A stretch of 64,000 nucleotides of DNA from a virus (IMGVR_UViG_3300030433_002548:5251-69250); one strand, 5' to 3'; positions 46,695 to 57,600 are shown, counted from the first letter of the stretch. A program made the numbers and translations. Notes: generated by a model from the sequence alone, not told the origin.

Positions 46695-47207
46695 TCAAGA
46701 GAGTGTCAAATATCCATTGAAGGAGATGACGATTCTATCTTTTTTTGAAAAATTTACTTCAGTTTGGTGCATCATGTGTGGAGAAAAGAGAATGAGTTGA
46801 TCCTCTTCTGTATCAATTACGTTACTATTTGCAATGAAATTCCCTGACAGTTTTGGTTTCTGTAGATAATACGCTCCACAAATTCCACAGGTTCTGAATA
46901 GATCATCATTACTATCACTTACATGATTATGTGATGAAACCCTTGATCCATGAGAACCAACGTTAGCCCACATACTACTAATATTGATTTTGATATTTTT
47001 TTCGAGATTGTTTTGTAAAATTTGACTTGACTTAGACTCAAAACATGAAAATTCTGGGAGTTTATGTAGAAGAGCATTTGGGTGATATGTACTCTTAATA
47101 TCACCCAAACATAACAAATGTCTATCAAGATTTTTATATATTATTCTTTTCAGTCTTTGTTTCTTAAACCAGTTTAATTTTAATTTAGCAATAACAATTT
47201 GATTCAA
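46695..47207 (-). CDS. 2OG-Fe(II) oxygenase (HxH type, TIGR02466-like)
   Basis: SMWANV...SHNH...LILFSPHMMHQT...RIVISFN. Confidence 0.8.
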   Translation of the reverse strand: MNQIVIAKLKLNWFKKQRLKRIIYKNLDRHLLCLGDIKSTYHPNALLHKLPEFSCFESKSSQILQNNLEKNIKINISSMWANVGSHGSRVSSHNHVSDSNDDLFRTCGICGAYYLQKPKLSGNFIANSNVIDTEEDQLILFSPHMMHQTEVNFSKKDRIVISFNGYLTLS

Positions 47208-47209
47208 AT

Positions 47210-48313
47210 TTAATCAGCAGTAACAATAAGTGTTTGATCAGTGCCAGTGTGTGTAATACTTGTCCAAGATGCTCCTGGAAGAGCAGGATAAGAATTTGCT
47301 TTTCTATATGCAACCAATCCATTTTGTCCCGCATTTCCATTGTCACCACCAGCACCATAAGATCCACCATTCAGGGGGTCTGTCCTATTTCCCGCACGTC
47401 TGTATGTAGTTGGATTTGCATCTTGATCTCCAGGAACTCCATCAACTGAGTTTGAAAACGAACCTGGATTATATCCTACAAATGCTGGTGGAGAAGGTTG
47501 AGTAGTTTTATAATATGATGCTCCTCCAGCACCACCACTAACTTGACTGGAGTTTCCACCGCCACCACCACCGTAGAAACCACCTCCACCACCGCCACCA
47601 CCGGAACTATGTCCTCCATAGAATAAACCACCATTCACGGCGTGTGGTGGTGATGACGATGGATCAGAAAGTCCACCAGAACCAGTATCAGTTCCAGCAC
47701 CACCCCAAGTACCGCCAGTTGCAGGGTCTGTGTTGTCTGAATTGCCACCAGCAGTTACTCCGCCAGCACCGCCATGCCCATTACCATAATTAACACCAGC
47801 ACCACCACCAGCAGCAGCAATTAGACAGTTTTGTATTGTTGCTCCTGGTTGCACCAACGCTGCAGCACCTGGTGCTGCAGGATCTGGTAAAGCAATAGCA
47901 CCCGCAGGTGTTGGAGAATCTGCTGATGTGAAAACAGTGTCAGATGTAAGAAATACACCACTCATACCTCCACCAGTACCGGTTGTGTAACTAAACTGTC
48001 TTCCTTTCGGTCCACCAGCACCATAGTTTGAAACATCAAAACCAACTGGATAAATTCCTCCTGATCCAACTACAATGGTAAGTTGTGTACCTGGATTAAA
48101 TTCATATTGACCAGTGATGTAAGCACCTCCACCACCTGCTTCACCAGACGACCCACCAGCACCTCCAGCTCCCCACACTTTAAATTCATAAAATTGTGGA
48201 GGATCAGATACCTTTGAACGCTGAGTAGCACCCCTTAAAGATAAATCTGTTTGATTAAAAACTCCAAGAAGTTTTTTACCAGTTTTTGCGAGTGATGATT
48301 TGAATGGAGCCAT
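47210..48313 (-). CDS. Glycine-rich tip protein (type C, FKVWGAGG subclass)
   Basis: 367 aa; FKVWGAGGAGG...GGGGAYITG..LTIVVGSGG. Confidence 0.8.
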   Translation of the reverse strand: MAPFKSSLAKTGKKLLGVFNQTDLSLRGATQRSKVSDPPQFYEFKVWGAGGAGGSSGEAGGGGAYITGQYEFNPGTQLTIVVGSGGIYPVGFDVSNYGAGGPKGRQFSYTTGTGGGMSGVFLTSDTVFTSADSPTPAGAIALPDPAAPGAAALVQPGATIQNCLIAAAGGGAGVNYGNGHGGAGGVTAGGNSDNTDPATGGTWGGAGTDTGSGGLSDPSSSPPHAVNGGLFYGGHSSGGGGGGGGFYGGGGGGNSSQVSGGAGGASYYKTTQPSPPAFVGYNPGSFSNSVDGVPGDQDANPTTYRRAGNRTDPLNGGSYGAGGDNGNAGQNGLVAYRKANSYPALPGASWTSITHTGTDQTLIVTAD

Positions 48314-48316
48314 GTA

Positions 48317-48682
48317 TCAAGCCTCCTTATCGCCGGTAATCATGAAGTTGACGTGAGTTGCTGCAACACCAGCAAAGTTTCCTGTTCCAACAGCAAGTGT
48401 ATCTCCATTCTCTCCTAACACAATCGGATATGATGGTTCTAACAGAATAGTTTCTCCTGACAGAACGTCAACATCAAAAATTCGTGTGGTTGGACCAGTT
48501 GTTACTCCTGCTTGAGTAAAATAAACCTGTGCCGTCGCCGTGCCAATACTTCCGCCGCCAGCAGCATGAGCGATAATCGACTTAATATATACCTTCTTAC
48601 CCGAAGTGCATGTAGCAATACCCACGGTCGCACCTGCTGCGACTCTGACCACATTGCTAAGTTTTCCTCTTTCCAGTGCCAT
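48317..48682 (-). CDS. Small beta-rich adaptor-like protein (type B)
   Basis: 121 aa; ...GETILLEPSYPIVL...VNFMITGDKEA. Confidence 0.75.
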   Translation of the reverse strand: MALERGKLSNVVRVAAGATVGIATCTSGKKVYIKSIIAHAAGGGSIGTATAQVYFTQAGVTTGPTTRIFDVDVLSGETILLEPSYPIVLGENGDTLAVGTGNFAGVAATHVNFMITGDKEA

Positions 48683-48709
48683 GAGTATACTTTTTAGTTA
48701 TTTAGTAAA

Positions 48710-49225
48710 TCAACCGCCACCATATAACCAGGTGTCATAGACTTCCCAACCTGCTACTGTGACGGTTGACAATCCAGCAGTTGGTGCAGTTACAGAACTG
48801 AAACCAGAGAAGTTTATGTTTGTAATCGCAGTTCCAACTGATGCTCCTGCGAACTGTAGTTCTACACCAGAAATAACACCAGTAAGTTCAGCACCAGAAC
48901 CAACAAACGCTGTAGCAGTAATGATACCACTAGCAGAATCAATCGTAATACCAGATCCAACTCTTATTCCAGATGCAGTAGCAACACCTGCTTGTCCAAC
49001 AGAGAACCCAGATCCAACTAAGATTTCTCCACCAGTTACCTTAACACCACTCTTAGCAGTGATAATACCAGTGGAATCAACGTTGGTTACATCTTCATAA
49101 GTCAGTGTCCCTGCGATAGAGACCTGATTGTTAAAGGTCGCAACGCCAGTGACAACCACTCCAGTTGGGAAACCAACAGCCCCACCGGTTCTATTTTTGA
49201 TATTGTCAACGAATAGTTGCGACAT
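48710..49225 (-). CDS. Short tail-fibre-like stalk (type A)
   Basis: 171 aa; MSQLFVDNIKN, YEDVTNVDSTGIITAK, ends YDTWLYGGG. Confidence 0.75.
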   Translation of the reverse strand: MSQLFVDNIKNRTGGAVGFPTGVVVTGVATFNNQVSIAGTLTYEDVTNVDSTGIITAKSGVKVTGGEILVGSGFSVGQAGVATASGIRVGSGITIDSASGIITATAFVGSGAELTGVISGVELQFAGASVGTAITNINFSGFSSVTAPTAGLSTVTVAGWEVYDTWLYGGG

Positions 49226-49249
49226 TTTATCTACTTTTTAGGTATTTAG

Positions 49250-51235
49250 TTAGGTAGGATATGCGATGATGACGATACCGGAACCACCCTGCCCTGCGTT
49301 ACCAGTGTTAGCAGGTGGTGTGCCTGGACCGAGACCGGTATTTGGACCACCACCAGCATGTCTCAATCCTCCTCCACCGCCGCCACCAGTGTTTGTATGT
49401 CCATTAATGCTTGTAGGACCAGTTGTTGGCGCAGCTTGTGTGTGAGGGGCACCTTGACCACCACCATGAGTGGCATCACCGACAGTTGTTGATGGATAGT
49501 AAATGTTTCCACCACCACCACCTGCTAAGGATAGTGTAACTCCTGTAGCAGTATTTTGTTTTCCTGCTCCGCCATCTCCCCCATCAGATGAAGATCCCTG
49601 AGCACCAGCAGCACCGGCACCACCGCCACCACCAGCACCATAGTTCGCTGGAGTATTGCTTGGTCCACCAGGATATCCTTGATTTGGAACAGGGGTGCTA
49701 CTGTGTGGTGATTGTCTGTTTCCATCAGATTGGGCGAGACCTGGATAGTTTCCACCACCACCAGAACCACCAGGTTGACCAGCTTTACCAGACCCACCTA
49801 CATTTCCTCCTCCACCACCGCCTTCAGCCCTAACTGCTGAAGGGAAAGCGATATTAGAGTGACCACCAGAAAAACCTTGACCCTGTATGCCACTTCCACT
49901 TCCAGGTCTTGCTCCCCCCGATCCAATTGTTACTGCATATGTTCCATTAGATATGGTAACTGCTGCTTCAGATGATGGTGATGGACCACCAGGACCCTCT
50001 GGGAAAGAAGATCTATATCCACCAGCACCACCGCCGCCACCACAACCAATACCACCCGCTCCGCCACCACCGACGGCCAAGAAATCGCATGATATAGGAC
50101 CACTCGATACTACAAAGTTTGCAGATGAATTAAACACATGGAAAGTTTTTCCATTATAGAAACTAATAGCACCACCAGATGCTCTTGCAGTGTTTGTCGA
50201 TGCGATTTTATAACGAACAACGACAATTCCTGAACCACCAGCTCCACCACCCTGTCCAGAACTATGAGATGTACCTCCACCTCCGCCACCACCTGTTCCT
50301 GATGATCCGCTAACTCCATTACCATTACTAGGATTGTCGGGAGCATTGCCAGCGGCACCACCTCCTCCAGGACCACCATTTCCAGCTGTGCCACCAGGGT
50401 CACATACCCCACCGCCACCACCGGCATAAGTTACGTTAGTTCCTGTAATGGAGACGGGCACACCATTACCACCAGCTCCACCATTATTACCAGATCGATT
50501 GGAACCAGCACTACCAGCACCGCCTCCACCACCACAGGAGTGGTTAGTAGGTCCACCATTACCACCATCGCCACCATCATATCCTTGATTTGCTGTGCCG
50601 GATCCACCAGTACCACCCGGTCCTCCACCACCACCACAACCACCGTTTCCGCCTGAATCGTTATGACCCTTACCGCCTCCGGCAGAAGTTACTGTTTGTG
50701 GTGAAAGTGGTGAAGTAAATGAAGAGTCAGTACCTGCCACAGAAGGTGCAGCTGGTTGACTTTGATCCTGACCAGCACCACCACCACCAACAGTGATCGT
50801 ATAAGATCCGGGAGAGTTTGATACTGGTATCGCGGATTCTAATGATCCACCACCACCCGTTGTTCCTACCGTGCTGCGAAGACCGCCAGCGCCACCGCCA
50901 CCGCCATTTCCTTGTCCGCCACCGCCACCGCCAGCGACTACAAGATAATCAACACTATTAGGTATATTATCATCAGTTGAGAGAGAACTTACATTAAAAG
51001 TTCCAGATGACGTAAAAATATGTGCTCTAAAAATATCAGATCCAGATGTGTAATCACTGATTACACCACCAGTTGCTGTCATTCCTTGTGGTGGTAATCC
51101 AGGATTAGCTATGACATTTCCCGATCTATTGAAATAATCGTGTAAGAATGCGTCTAATACACCACCACCAGTTCCATCAGCAGTAGGTCCAGCAGTTTCG
51201 GATGATTTGCCGATGCGTCTATTAACATGTGCCAT
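49250..51235 (-). CDS. Glycine-rich tip protein (type C, two domains)
   Basis: 661 aa; ATGG..HIFTSSGTF...GGSGIVVVRY / ARASGG...GGSGIVIIAY. Confidence 0.8.
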   Translation of the reverse strand: MAHVNRRIGKSSETAGPTADGTGGGVLDAFLHDYFNRSGNVIANPGLPPQGMTATGGVISDYTSGSDIFRAHIFTSSGTFNVSSLSTDDNIPNSVDYLVVAGGGGGGQGNGGGGGAGGLRSTVGTTGGGGSLESAIPVSNSPGSYTITVGGGGAGQDQSQPAAPSVAGTDSSFTSPLSPQTVTSAGGGKGHNDSGGNGGCGGGGGPGGTGGSGTANQGYDGGDGGNGGPTNHSCGGGGGAGSAGSNRSGNNGGAGGNGVPVSITGTNVTYAGGGGGVCDPGGTAGNGGPGGGGAAGNAPDNPSNGNGVSGSSGTGGGGGGGTSHSSGQGGGAGGSGIVVVRYKIASTNTARASGGAISFYNGKTFHVFNSSANFVVSSGPISCDFLAVGGGGAGGIGCGGGGGAGGYRSSFPEGPGGPSPSSEAAVTISNGTYAVTIGSGGARPGSGSGIQGQGFSGGHSNIAFPSAVRAEGGGGGGNVGGSGKAGQPGGSGGGGNYPGLAQSDGNRQSPHSSTPVPNQGYPGGPSNTPANYGAGGGGGAGAAGAQGSSSDGGDGGAGKQNTATGVTLSLAGGGGGNIYYPSTTVGDATHGGGQGAPHTQAAPTTGPTSINGHTNTGGGGGGGLRHAGGGPNTGLGPGTPPANTGNAGQGGSGIVIIAYPT

Positions 51236-51247
51236 CGTTTAACCTCC

Positions 51248-51643
51248 TCAGCTAATCTCTTCGTAGGAGCAAACAACGTCTAATGTTCCTGCATTTGATT
51301 GTGCTATAACTCCTATCTGCCTTCCTTCTTCCAAATAGAATGAGTTCTCTTTACTAACTAAAATCAACGAAGAGTTTTTAGGAACTGAAATCGTTGTTCC
51401 TAATGATACTGTACTGATTGCCGCAGTGTGTCTTCCTGCCGTATCGTAGTAGTTAAGAGTTACACCAGTGGTAGCACCAATCGCAGCAGCAGTCAGTGCG
51501 TTAATCTTCAGAACCTTACCACTGGATGCTGCGTTGATGACAACAGTGGTGACACCAGCACTAGCACCAACCGTTGCAATGCCAGCATGGTATGTCGTTA
51601 TACCAGTGATTGTCGCTACATTTACAATATTCGGTGCAGCCAT
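51248..51643 (-). CDS. Small beta-rich adaptor-like protein (type B, MAAPNIVNV subclass)
   Basis: 131 aa; ISVPKNSSLIL...YLEEG...VVCSYEEIS. Confidence 0.75.
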   Translation of the reverse strand: MAAPNIVNVATITGITTYHAGIATVGASAGVTTVVINAASSGKVLKINALTAAAIGATTGVTLNYYDTAGRHTAAISTVSLGTTISVPKNSSLILVSKENSFYLEEGRQIGVIAQSNAGTLDVVCSYEEIS

Positions 51644-51671
51644 TTCCTACAATACCTCTTTTGTTTATTTA

Positions 51672-52043
51672 TCAACCAAATACCATAGACATTGCAATCG
51701 CCTTACCAGTCGATGCCTTTGTCTTTAGTTCTGTCGCAATCTCAGTTGATCCACCACCAACATTGATATTGATGGATGAGTATGCGGTCAAAATACCAAC
51801 GGTGCTAATACCAGTTGCTGATGAGGCATTGATATTACCTGTGACATTACCAGTTACATCACCAGTTAAATCACCAGTTACATCACCAGTTACATCACCC
51901 TGAACATCACCTGTTACATTACCAGTCAAAGCACCACTGAATGATGTCGCAGTAGCAACACCAGTGACTACGGCTCCCCTGGAAAAACCAACGGAACCAT
52001 TGTCATCCTTATTTACAATATCGTCAACTTGTAACTTTGACAT
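51672..52043 (-). CDS. Short tail-fibre-like stalk (type A) with GDVT repeats
   Basis: 123 aa; MSKLQVDDIVN, ends GKAIAMSMVFG. Confidence 0.75.
   Translation of the reverse strand: MSKLQVDDIVNKDDNGSVGFSRGAVVTGVATATSFSGALTGNVTGDVQGDVTGDVTGDLTGDVTGNVTGNINASSATGISTVGILTAYSSININVGGGSTEIATELKTKASTGKAIAMSMVFG
51835..51936. repeat. In-frame 12-bp tandem repeat (about 8 units, G-D/N-V-T)
   Basis: acatcaccagtt units; protein GALTGNVTGDVQGDVTGDVTGDLTGDVTGNVTGN. Confidence 0.85.
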
Positions 52044-52066
52044 GAGTTTATGTTTTTAGGTATTTA

Positions 52067-53131
52067 TCAGACTTGGTATCGAATAATAACAATACCAGAA
52101 CCACCAGAACCACCACCATCTCTGGCATCTTCGCCACCAGGTGGATTAACACTTCCTCCACCTCCACCACCACCAGTGTTTGCGGTAGCAGATGGAGCTG
52201 CGGTTGGGCTATCATCATCGTTTCCATCAGCACCTCCACCAGCACCACCAGTACCACCAGTACCACCAGTACCTGGGAGTCTAGAACCTCCACCTCCGCC
52301 TCCACCAGCGAACCATCTACCAGAAGATGGTCCGGGTGTTCCATAAGATGGTGGAATGGTAAAACCTATTGGTGCAGCACCGACACTTTTACCAACCCCA
52401 CCAGGACCACCAACTGCGTTTGTGCCTGGAGTACCATCAGAACCAGCAGCTCCAGCACCACCGCCACCTCCACCCCAAGATGGGTACATTCCAGGTCCAT
52501 CTAGTCCACCAGAACCACCATTATTTCCTTGTGATGGGACTGGAGTGTCAGTACCTGCTTCTCTATTTCCTGTGCCACCAGCTTGCTTTGAAGGAGAATA
52601 TGCACCGCCACCACCTGAAGCACCGTTAAATTCATTTGGAAGGGGGGTGCCAGCAAAACCTTTTCCTCCACCACCACCTTCAGATCTAACGCTATTGAAT
52701 GTGGAGTGACCTCCCACACGACCGGTAAAGGGTGAACTTCCTGGATATGGAGCTCCAACACCACCAGCACCAATAACAATAGGATAAGCAGTTGCAGTTA
52801 AACCAGTGGATGAACCAGATCTGAAACCGCCAGCTCCACCTCCACCACCAGTTCTCCTACCACCTCCACCACCGCCACCGACGATTACATATTCAACTTC
52901 ACCAGGACCAGCAGCACTTACAGCAAATCCAGGGGTAGAACTTGCAGTGAAAATATGATACTTATAACCATCTCCAGGAGTAAATGTAGTGCCACCACTA
53001 GCCTGCATATTTCCAGCTGTTGGACCAGAATTTGCTCCACCACCAGCACCAAAACTATCTCTAAAGTATTCTATTAGATGACCGTCTACCTTTGTTGTTG
53101 TTGGAAAACTACTAGTGGATTTTACGCCCAT
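52067..53131 (-). CDS. Glycine-rich tip protein (type C)
   Basis: 354 aa; ASGG..YKYHIFT..EYVIVGGGGGG...GGSGIVIIRY. Confidence 0.8.
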   Translation of the reverse strand: MGVKSTSSFPTTTKVDGHLIEYFRDSFGAGGGANSGPTAGNMQASGGTTFTPGDGYKYHIFTASSTPGFAVSAAGPGEVEYVIVGGGGGGGRRTGGGGGAGGFRSGSSTGLTATAYPIVIGAGGVGAPYPGSSPFTGRVGGHSTFNSVRSEGGGGGKGFAGTPLPNEFNGASGGGGAYSPSKQAGGTGNREAGTDTPVPSQGNNGGSGGLDGPGMYPSWGGGGGGAGAAGSDGTPGTNAVGGPGGVGKSVGAAPIGFTIPPSYGTPGPSSGRWFAGGGGGGGSRLPGTGGTGGTGGAGGGADGNDDDSPTAAPSATANTGGGGGGGSVNPPGGEDARDGGGSGGSGIVIIRYQV

Positions 53132-53142
53132 TTCTACTTACC

Positions 53143-53559
53143 TCAAATATCGGTGTCGCCAAGGAGTTGATAGTTGACAGCACTACCAATACCTGCTCCT
53201 CCAACTGCTGCTGCTGGTTGTGTGATCTCAACCACCACAAAGTCTCTATCCGTTAAAACAAGTGGATAATTTGGTTCAAAGAAGAATGTTTCATTAGACG
53301 CAACATCAACTCTTGCTAATCTGTGTGCTGTGACACCATATCCAGTTGCTTCTGGTCTCGCAGTGCCACCAGGATAGATATACAACGAAGAAGTTGCGGT
53401 TGCTAATCCAGTGTTGTGCATGATCACGCCACGCACATAAGTGGTGGATGCAACACCAACAGGACCACCAGTATTCGTCACACCAACCGTGAAGATACCT
53501 ACGGTTGTGATCCCGGTAACTGATTGGACAGCCTGTAACTTTGTTCTTTTAAGTCCCAT
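53143..53559 (-). CDS. Small beta-rich adaptor-like protein (type B)
   Basis: 138 aa; ...NETFFFEPNYPLVL...VNYQLLGDTDI. Confidence 0.75.
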   Translation of the reverse strand: MGLKRTKLQAVQSVTGITTVGIFTVGVTNTGGPVGVASTTYVRGVIMHNTGLATATSSLYIYPGGTARPEATGYGVTAHRLARVDVASNETFFFEPNYPLVLTDRDFVVVEITQPAAAVGGAGIGSAVNYQLLGDTDI

Positions 53560-53581
53560 TGGTATATACTTTTTAAGTTAT

Positions 53582-53941
53582 TTAGTTAAACAGAGCAGCA
53601 TCGAGTTCAGTGAACCCTGCTGGCAGACCTGTAAGTAATGCACCACTACCCTCATATGAAGTAGCAGTAACAACTCCAGCATTTACATTACCAAGAGTAA
53701 CATTTGGAGCACCAGCGATTGTGGTTGCTGAACCAGTAACATTACCAGTTAAGTTTCCAGTAAATGATGTGGCAGTGATGATACCAGCACCAGCATCAAC
53801 ACCAGAAGCATTGATTGTAACAGCAGCACCAACAATAGCACTACCAGTTGTAGTTACACCTGTGACGACAGCACCATCAGGTAACTCAGGTGATGTCCCT
53901 GCAGTTCTACCTCTTAAACTTGTAACTCTAAGTGTTGCCAT
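53582..53941 (-). CDS. Short tail-fibre-like stalk (type A)
   Basis: 119 aa; MATLRVTSLRG, ends TELDAALFN. Confidence 0.75.
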   Translation of the reverse strand: MATLRVTSLRGRTAGTSPELPDGAVVTGVTTTGSAIVGAAVTINASGVDAGAGIITATSFTGNLTGNVTGSATTIAGAPNVTLGNVNAGVVTATSYEGSGALLTGLPAGFTELDAALFN

Positions 53942-54639
53942 CAGAGATCTCCGATTTGAAGGACATCAATAATCATGGTCTTACCAGCACCAACGGTGAC
54001 TGCCACACCAGAGTTAATCTCAATATTAGGTGTAACGCTGACGATAATAGAAGTATTCACACCAGCCGTAGTGGTGTCAAGCAGCATATCCTCCTTGACT
54101 TGCTGGAATCTATCAATGTAACTGAATGGTGATACAGTTGTTTCATCGGAATACTTGATCGCAGTGCCAAGTCCTCCACCACCGCCACCACCAGCAATGC
54201 TGACGGCAACAGTTTTGGATGATGAATCATACTGAACGGTATTACCAGTGCCTACGAAGTTAATCGCAGTGATAACACCAGTGGTGATTTGTGTTCCTGC
54301 TGATTGGATACCAACATTAAAACCACCCGTGGCAGATAATGCACCATCAAGTGTTTGATCTCCAGCAGAGTTGATTGCGTCAGCAACACGGAAGTCATCA
54401 AAGATCTGAAACTCAAGTACATCTCCCTCTGTCGCAGCAGACAGAAGAGTGACCGATGCTCCATCTCTTGCGGTATAGTCGCTACTATCTACAAGGCGAA
54501 CACCATTACGGAATACCGCAATCTGATTGATTCTATATCCACCAGTTACAGTAAACAGTGTTTGGTTCGCTGTCGCGGTCGCACTGATAACTTTGGCGGC
54601 AACATTATTGGTTAATGTTATAGGATTACCTATTGCCAT
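53941..54639 (-). CDS. Fibre-associated structural protein (type D)
   Basis: 232 aa; N-terminal ATANQTLF..GY....VFRNGVRL..DY domain, C-terminal GLGTAI...VGAGKTMIIDVL domain. Confidence 0.75.
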   Translation of the reverse strand: MAIGNPITLTNNVAAKVISATATANQTLFTVTGGYRINQIAVFRNGVRLVDSSDYTARDGASVTLLSAATEGDVLEFQIFDDFRVADAINSAGDQTLDGALSATGGFNVGIQSAGTQITTGVITAINFVGTGNTVQYDSSSKTVAVSIAGGGGGGGLGTAIKYSDETTVSPFSYIDRFQQVKEDMLLDTTTAGVNTSIIVSVTPNIEINSGVAVTVGAGKTMIIDVLQIGDL

Positions 54640-54665
54640 CGCATTTTATTTTTTAGTTATTTATG

Positions 54666-57600
54666 TTAGCGGGCATTGGCACCCCCACCAAACAAGTCAA
54701 CTGTTGGTGCTTCTGCCCATGCGGCATAGAAGATAGTGTGTGAATTTAGATTAAGAGTACTAGCAGTATTGCGAATCTTAAATCCATTACTCAAGAAATC
54801 AACATCTCTTGAATTATCAGTAGAATCATCACCACGCACATTTTCAGCTACTGATAAGTTGATAGCCAAAAACTTGTCATTTGGATTAAACTTTGCACGT
54901 TCATTATCGTACATACACCAATCATAATTTGTTCCGTAATTATCAAGATTACGCATCAGGATTATTGATGGACGGAATCCCAATTCTATAAAGGGACCAT
55001 CTGAATTTCCATTTCCTTCAAAGGTGCCAAATTTCTGTAGGCCAGGGACATCGTGCCAAAGATATGCAATTTGAGTATTTGCAGCATTTCCATTTCCATT
55101 TACATAGAAAAGGGATGATGTGGGTGCTGTTTCAGTCGCACCTTGAGCTCCACTAGCATCATCTAAATTCATAATACTCCATGTAGTGCCATTATACATG
55201 AACAACCTCCATGAAGTTGTTGCTCCCGTGTCTTTCTGGATTATGAAATTAGGTGCTTCTGAAAGTCCGTGAGAGATAGATGGTGTACCAGATGCAGAAC
55301 CAGTGAACTTAATGATACTAAAACCTTGTTTTGTTCCAACTGATGCACCTGTAGGGGTGATATCTCCACCAGTTAATCCTGCCGCAGCAGCAGTTGCATA
55401 ACCTACATCATCAACATTAAAAGTATTTTTACTTCCACCAGCTTTCCAGCACCATCCCACATAATTATTAGAACTGTTGATATCACCTGCTGTACCTATA
55501 CTAAAACCATTACTATCAAAAGAGGTTAGGAGACCACTATCAGTATATGTGCCCTGACTAGAATGAGATCTTAATGCATTAGTTGGTCCTCTAAGCACAT
55601 CAAACCATGCAGGAAAACCATTATTAGTTCTTTGCTTTGTGAATACAAGATCTGGACTAAAATTGTAACCTGTTATACTTCTTGCACTATTATTACCAGT
55701 ATAAGTAACAATACCAACATACTGATCAGGACGTGAAATCACAGTTTCTGGACGAACATTAGCAGCATTTATTGGTTGGAAACCATCAGGTGGTGGGAAC
55801 TTGAAGGGTTTTTGTCCAAAGTTGCATCTTGTAATACTGCCACTACCACCACCAGTTCCAATAGATGGCACTATGGTTTTGCCACTTAATCCAGAATTAA
55901 ATGCAACTCCTAAGGATACTCCATTTTTATAGTATGTTAGCGTTCCTGCATCCATATCAAGTGCTACACCAAGTGTATCCCCCACAGATAGAGTAGAACC
56001 ATAAGAACTGTTGCCAGGATATTTATTTCCACCATTAGCATAGTAATAAAATACTTGCCCCGTACTGATATCATAACTACTCGCATCCACTTGTGCGGCT
56101 CCAAGCATCATATTATTTGAACCAACAGTTGTAAATTCCCAATACCACCGTCCAGAAGTTACTGGAATAGTTCCTACAACATAATTTGTTCCACTGGAGT
56201 CAACTTGTGCTTGTAAGTTATTCTCAGTTATAGTTGCATTTTTTTGATGTAGGGGATTCAAAGTACAATAACCAGTCTCTTGTCCACGAACTGTGTTGAT
56301 ATCAGTGTTAAATGGGTTGAAGGTGGTTGCTGCTGCGTCATTTACTACTGAGGGAGTTGAAGGAGACACGGCTGCCTCAGTTGCAGAAGTTGGTGACTGA
56401 CAACACAGAAGTTTTGTGTTGGTTACATTAGTCAGTGGTGCTGATGGTGGTGTGAATTTCTTGGTATAAAGTGCAGTTCCTTTGACAATACGAACATTAG
56501 AAATAAAACCATCCATGTCATAATTATCAGCATAATCTGCACCGATATCTACTGGAACAGTAGAATCATTCATCGTGTCATATGAACTTACATCTAATGT
56601 ACCAGTTAATTCGCCATTATCAAATAATCTAATTGTATTACCTTCTCTTGAAACAGCACAATGCACCCATTTATTATAATGAGTTTGACCCGATGTTACA
56701 GCTGGTTCATTACCACCAGAATAATAATAAAATTGATTTTGTCCATTATACATGGACCAGAACCAGGATGATGATGATGGATTACCACCATACTTCTGAA
56801 CTATGGATCTATATGAACTGCTCTTGTTATAAACAAATGCTTCCATGGTAAAATCACCACTACCGAAAGTGAAGTCGGCGTGATCTGCTATTGATAGACT
56901 ATCATTAGTGCCATCAAAAGCAACAGCACCATCAGTGATCTTGTCAAGTTTAGAACTACCACTCACACCTGATGGAGTGTCTGGGAGAATGTCTGGGGAG
57001 GGTGATGGTGGATTGAATATTTTATCGCCTACACTCTTTCCAGTGGTAGAATATTTCTGAATTCCACTATAGACGCGGAAATCAGCCATATGTAAAGATG
57101 CTCCACCATTAGAGGCATCATATCTACCAATTTGATACCCCACATCAGCATAGTTTGAATTATCTGTTCCTGTATCATAGAGAACACCATCAACGATTAA
57201 TTGACCAGTTGTTCCAGTTCTCTGATACACATAATGTCTGGTTCTATTCGCAACTAAGGAATTATCTATAGATATATTAGCTGGTTCGCCACTATTATAC
57301 TTAACTTGAAACTTACCAGTAGTAGTGCTTGAAACGAATTGAACATAAGTGCCCGATTCAGATTGTGCTGTCAAAATTCTAGCATTTCTATTTCCTTGAT
57401 CACCAGTTGCCGTAAAATGTCCCCAAAACTCAATTGTAAAATCACCAGTCCCAAAAGGAAGAGAACCGGATGAAAATGTTACTCTTGAGTTACTGCTTCC
57501 ATCTCCAGTAAATGTTGAATTTTTAACATAAAACATGTCACCTGGACCTACAAATGTGAGGTTGTCAGATGAACCAGTTTTTGAAGAAGCAGTACATGCA

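Noticed and set aside
30823-53131. Gly-rich proteins as collagen-like triple helices
   Set aside because: They have Gly runs, not Gly-X-Y periodicity
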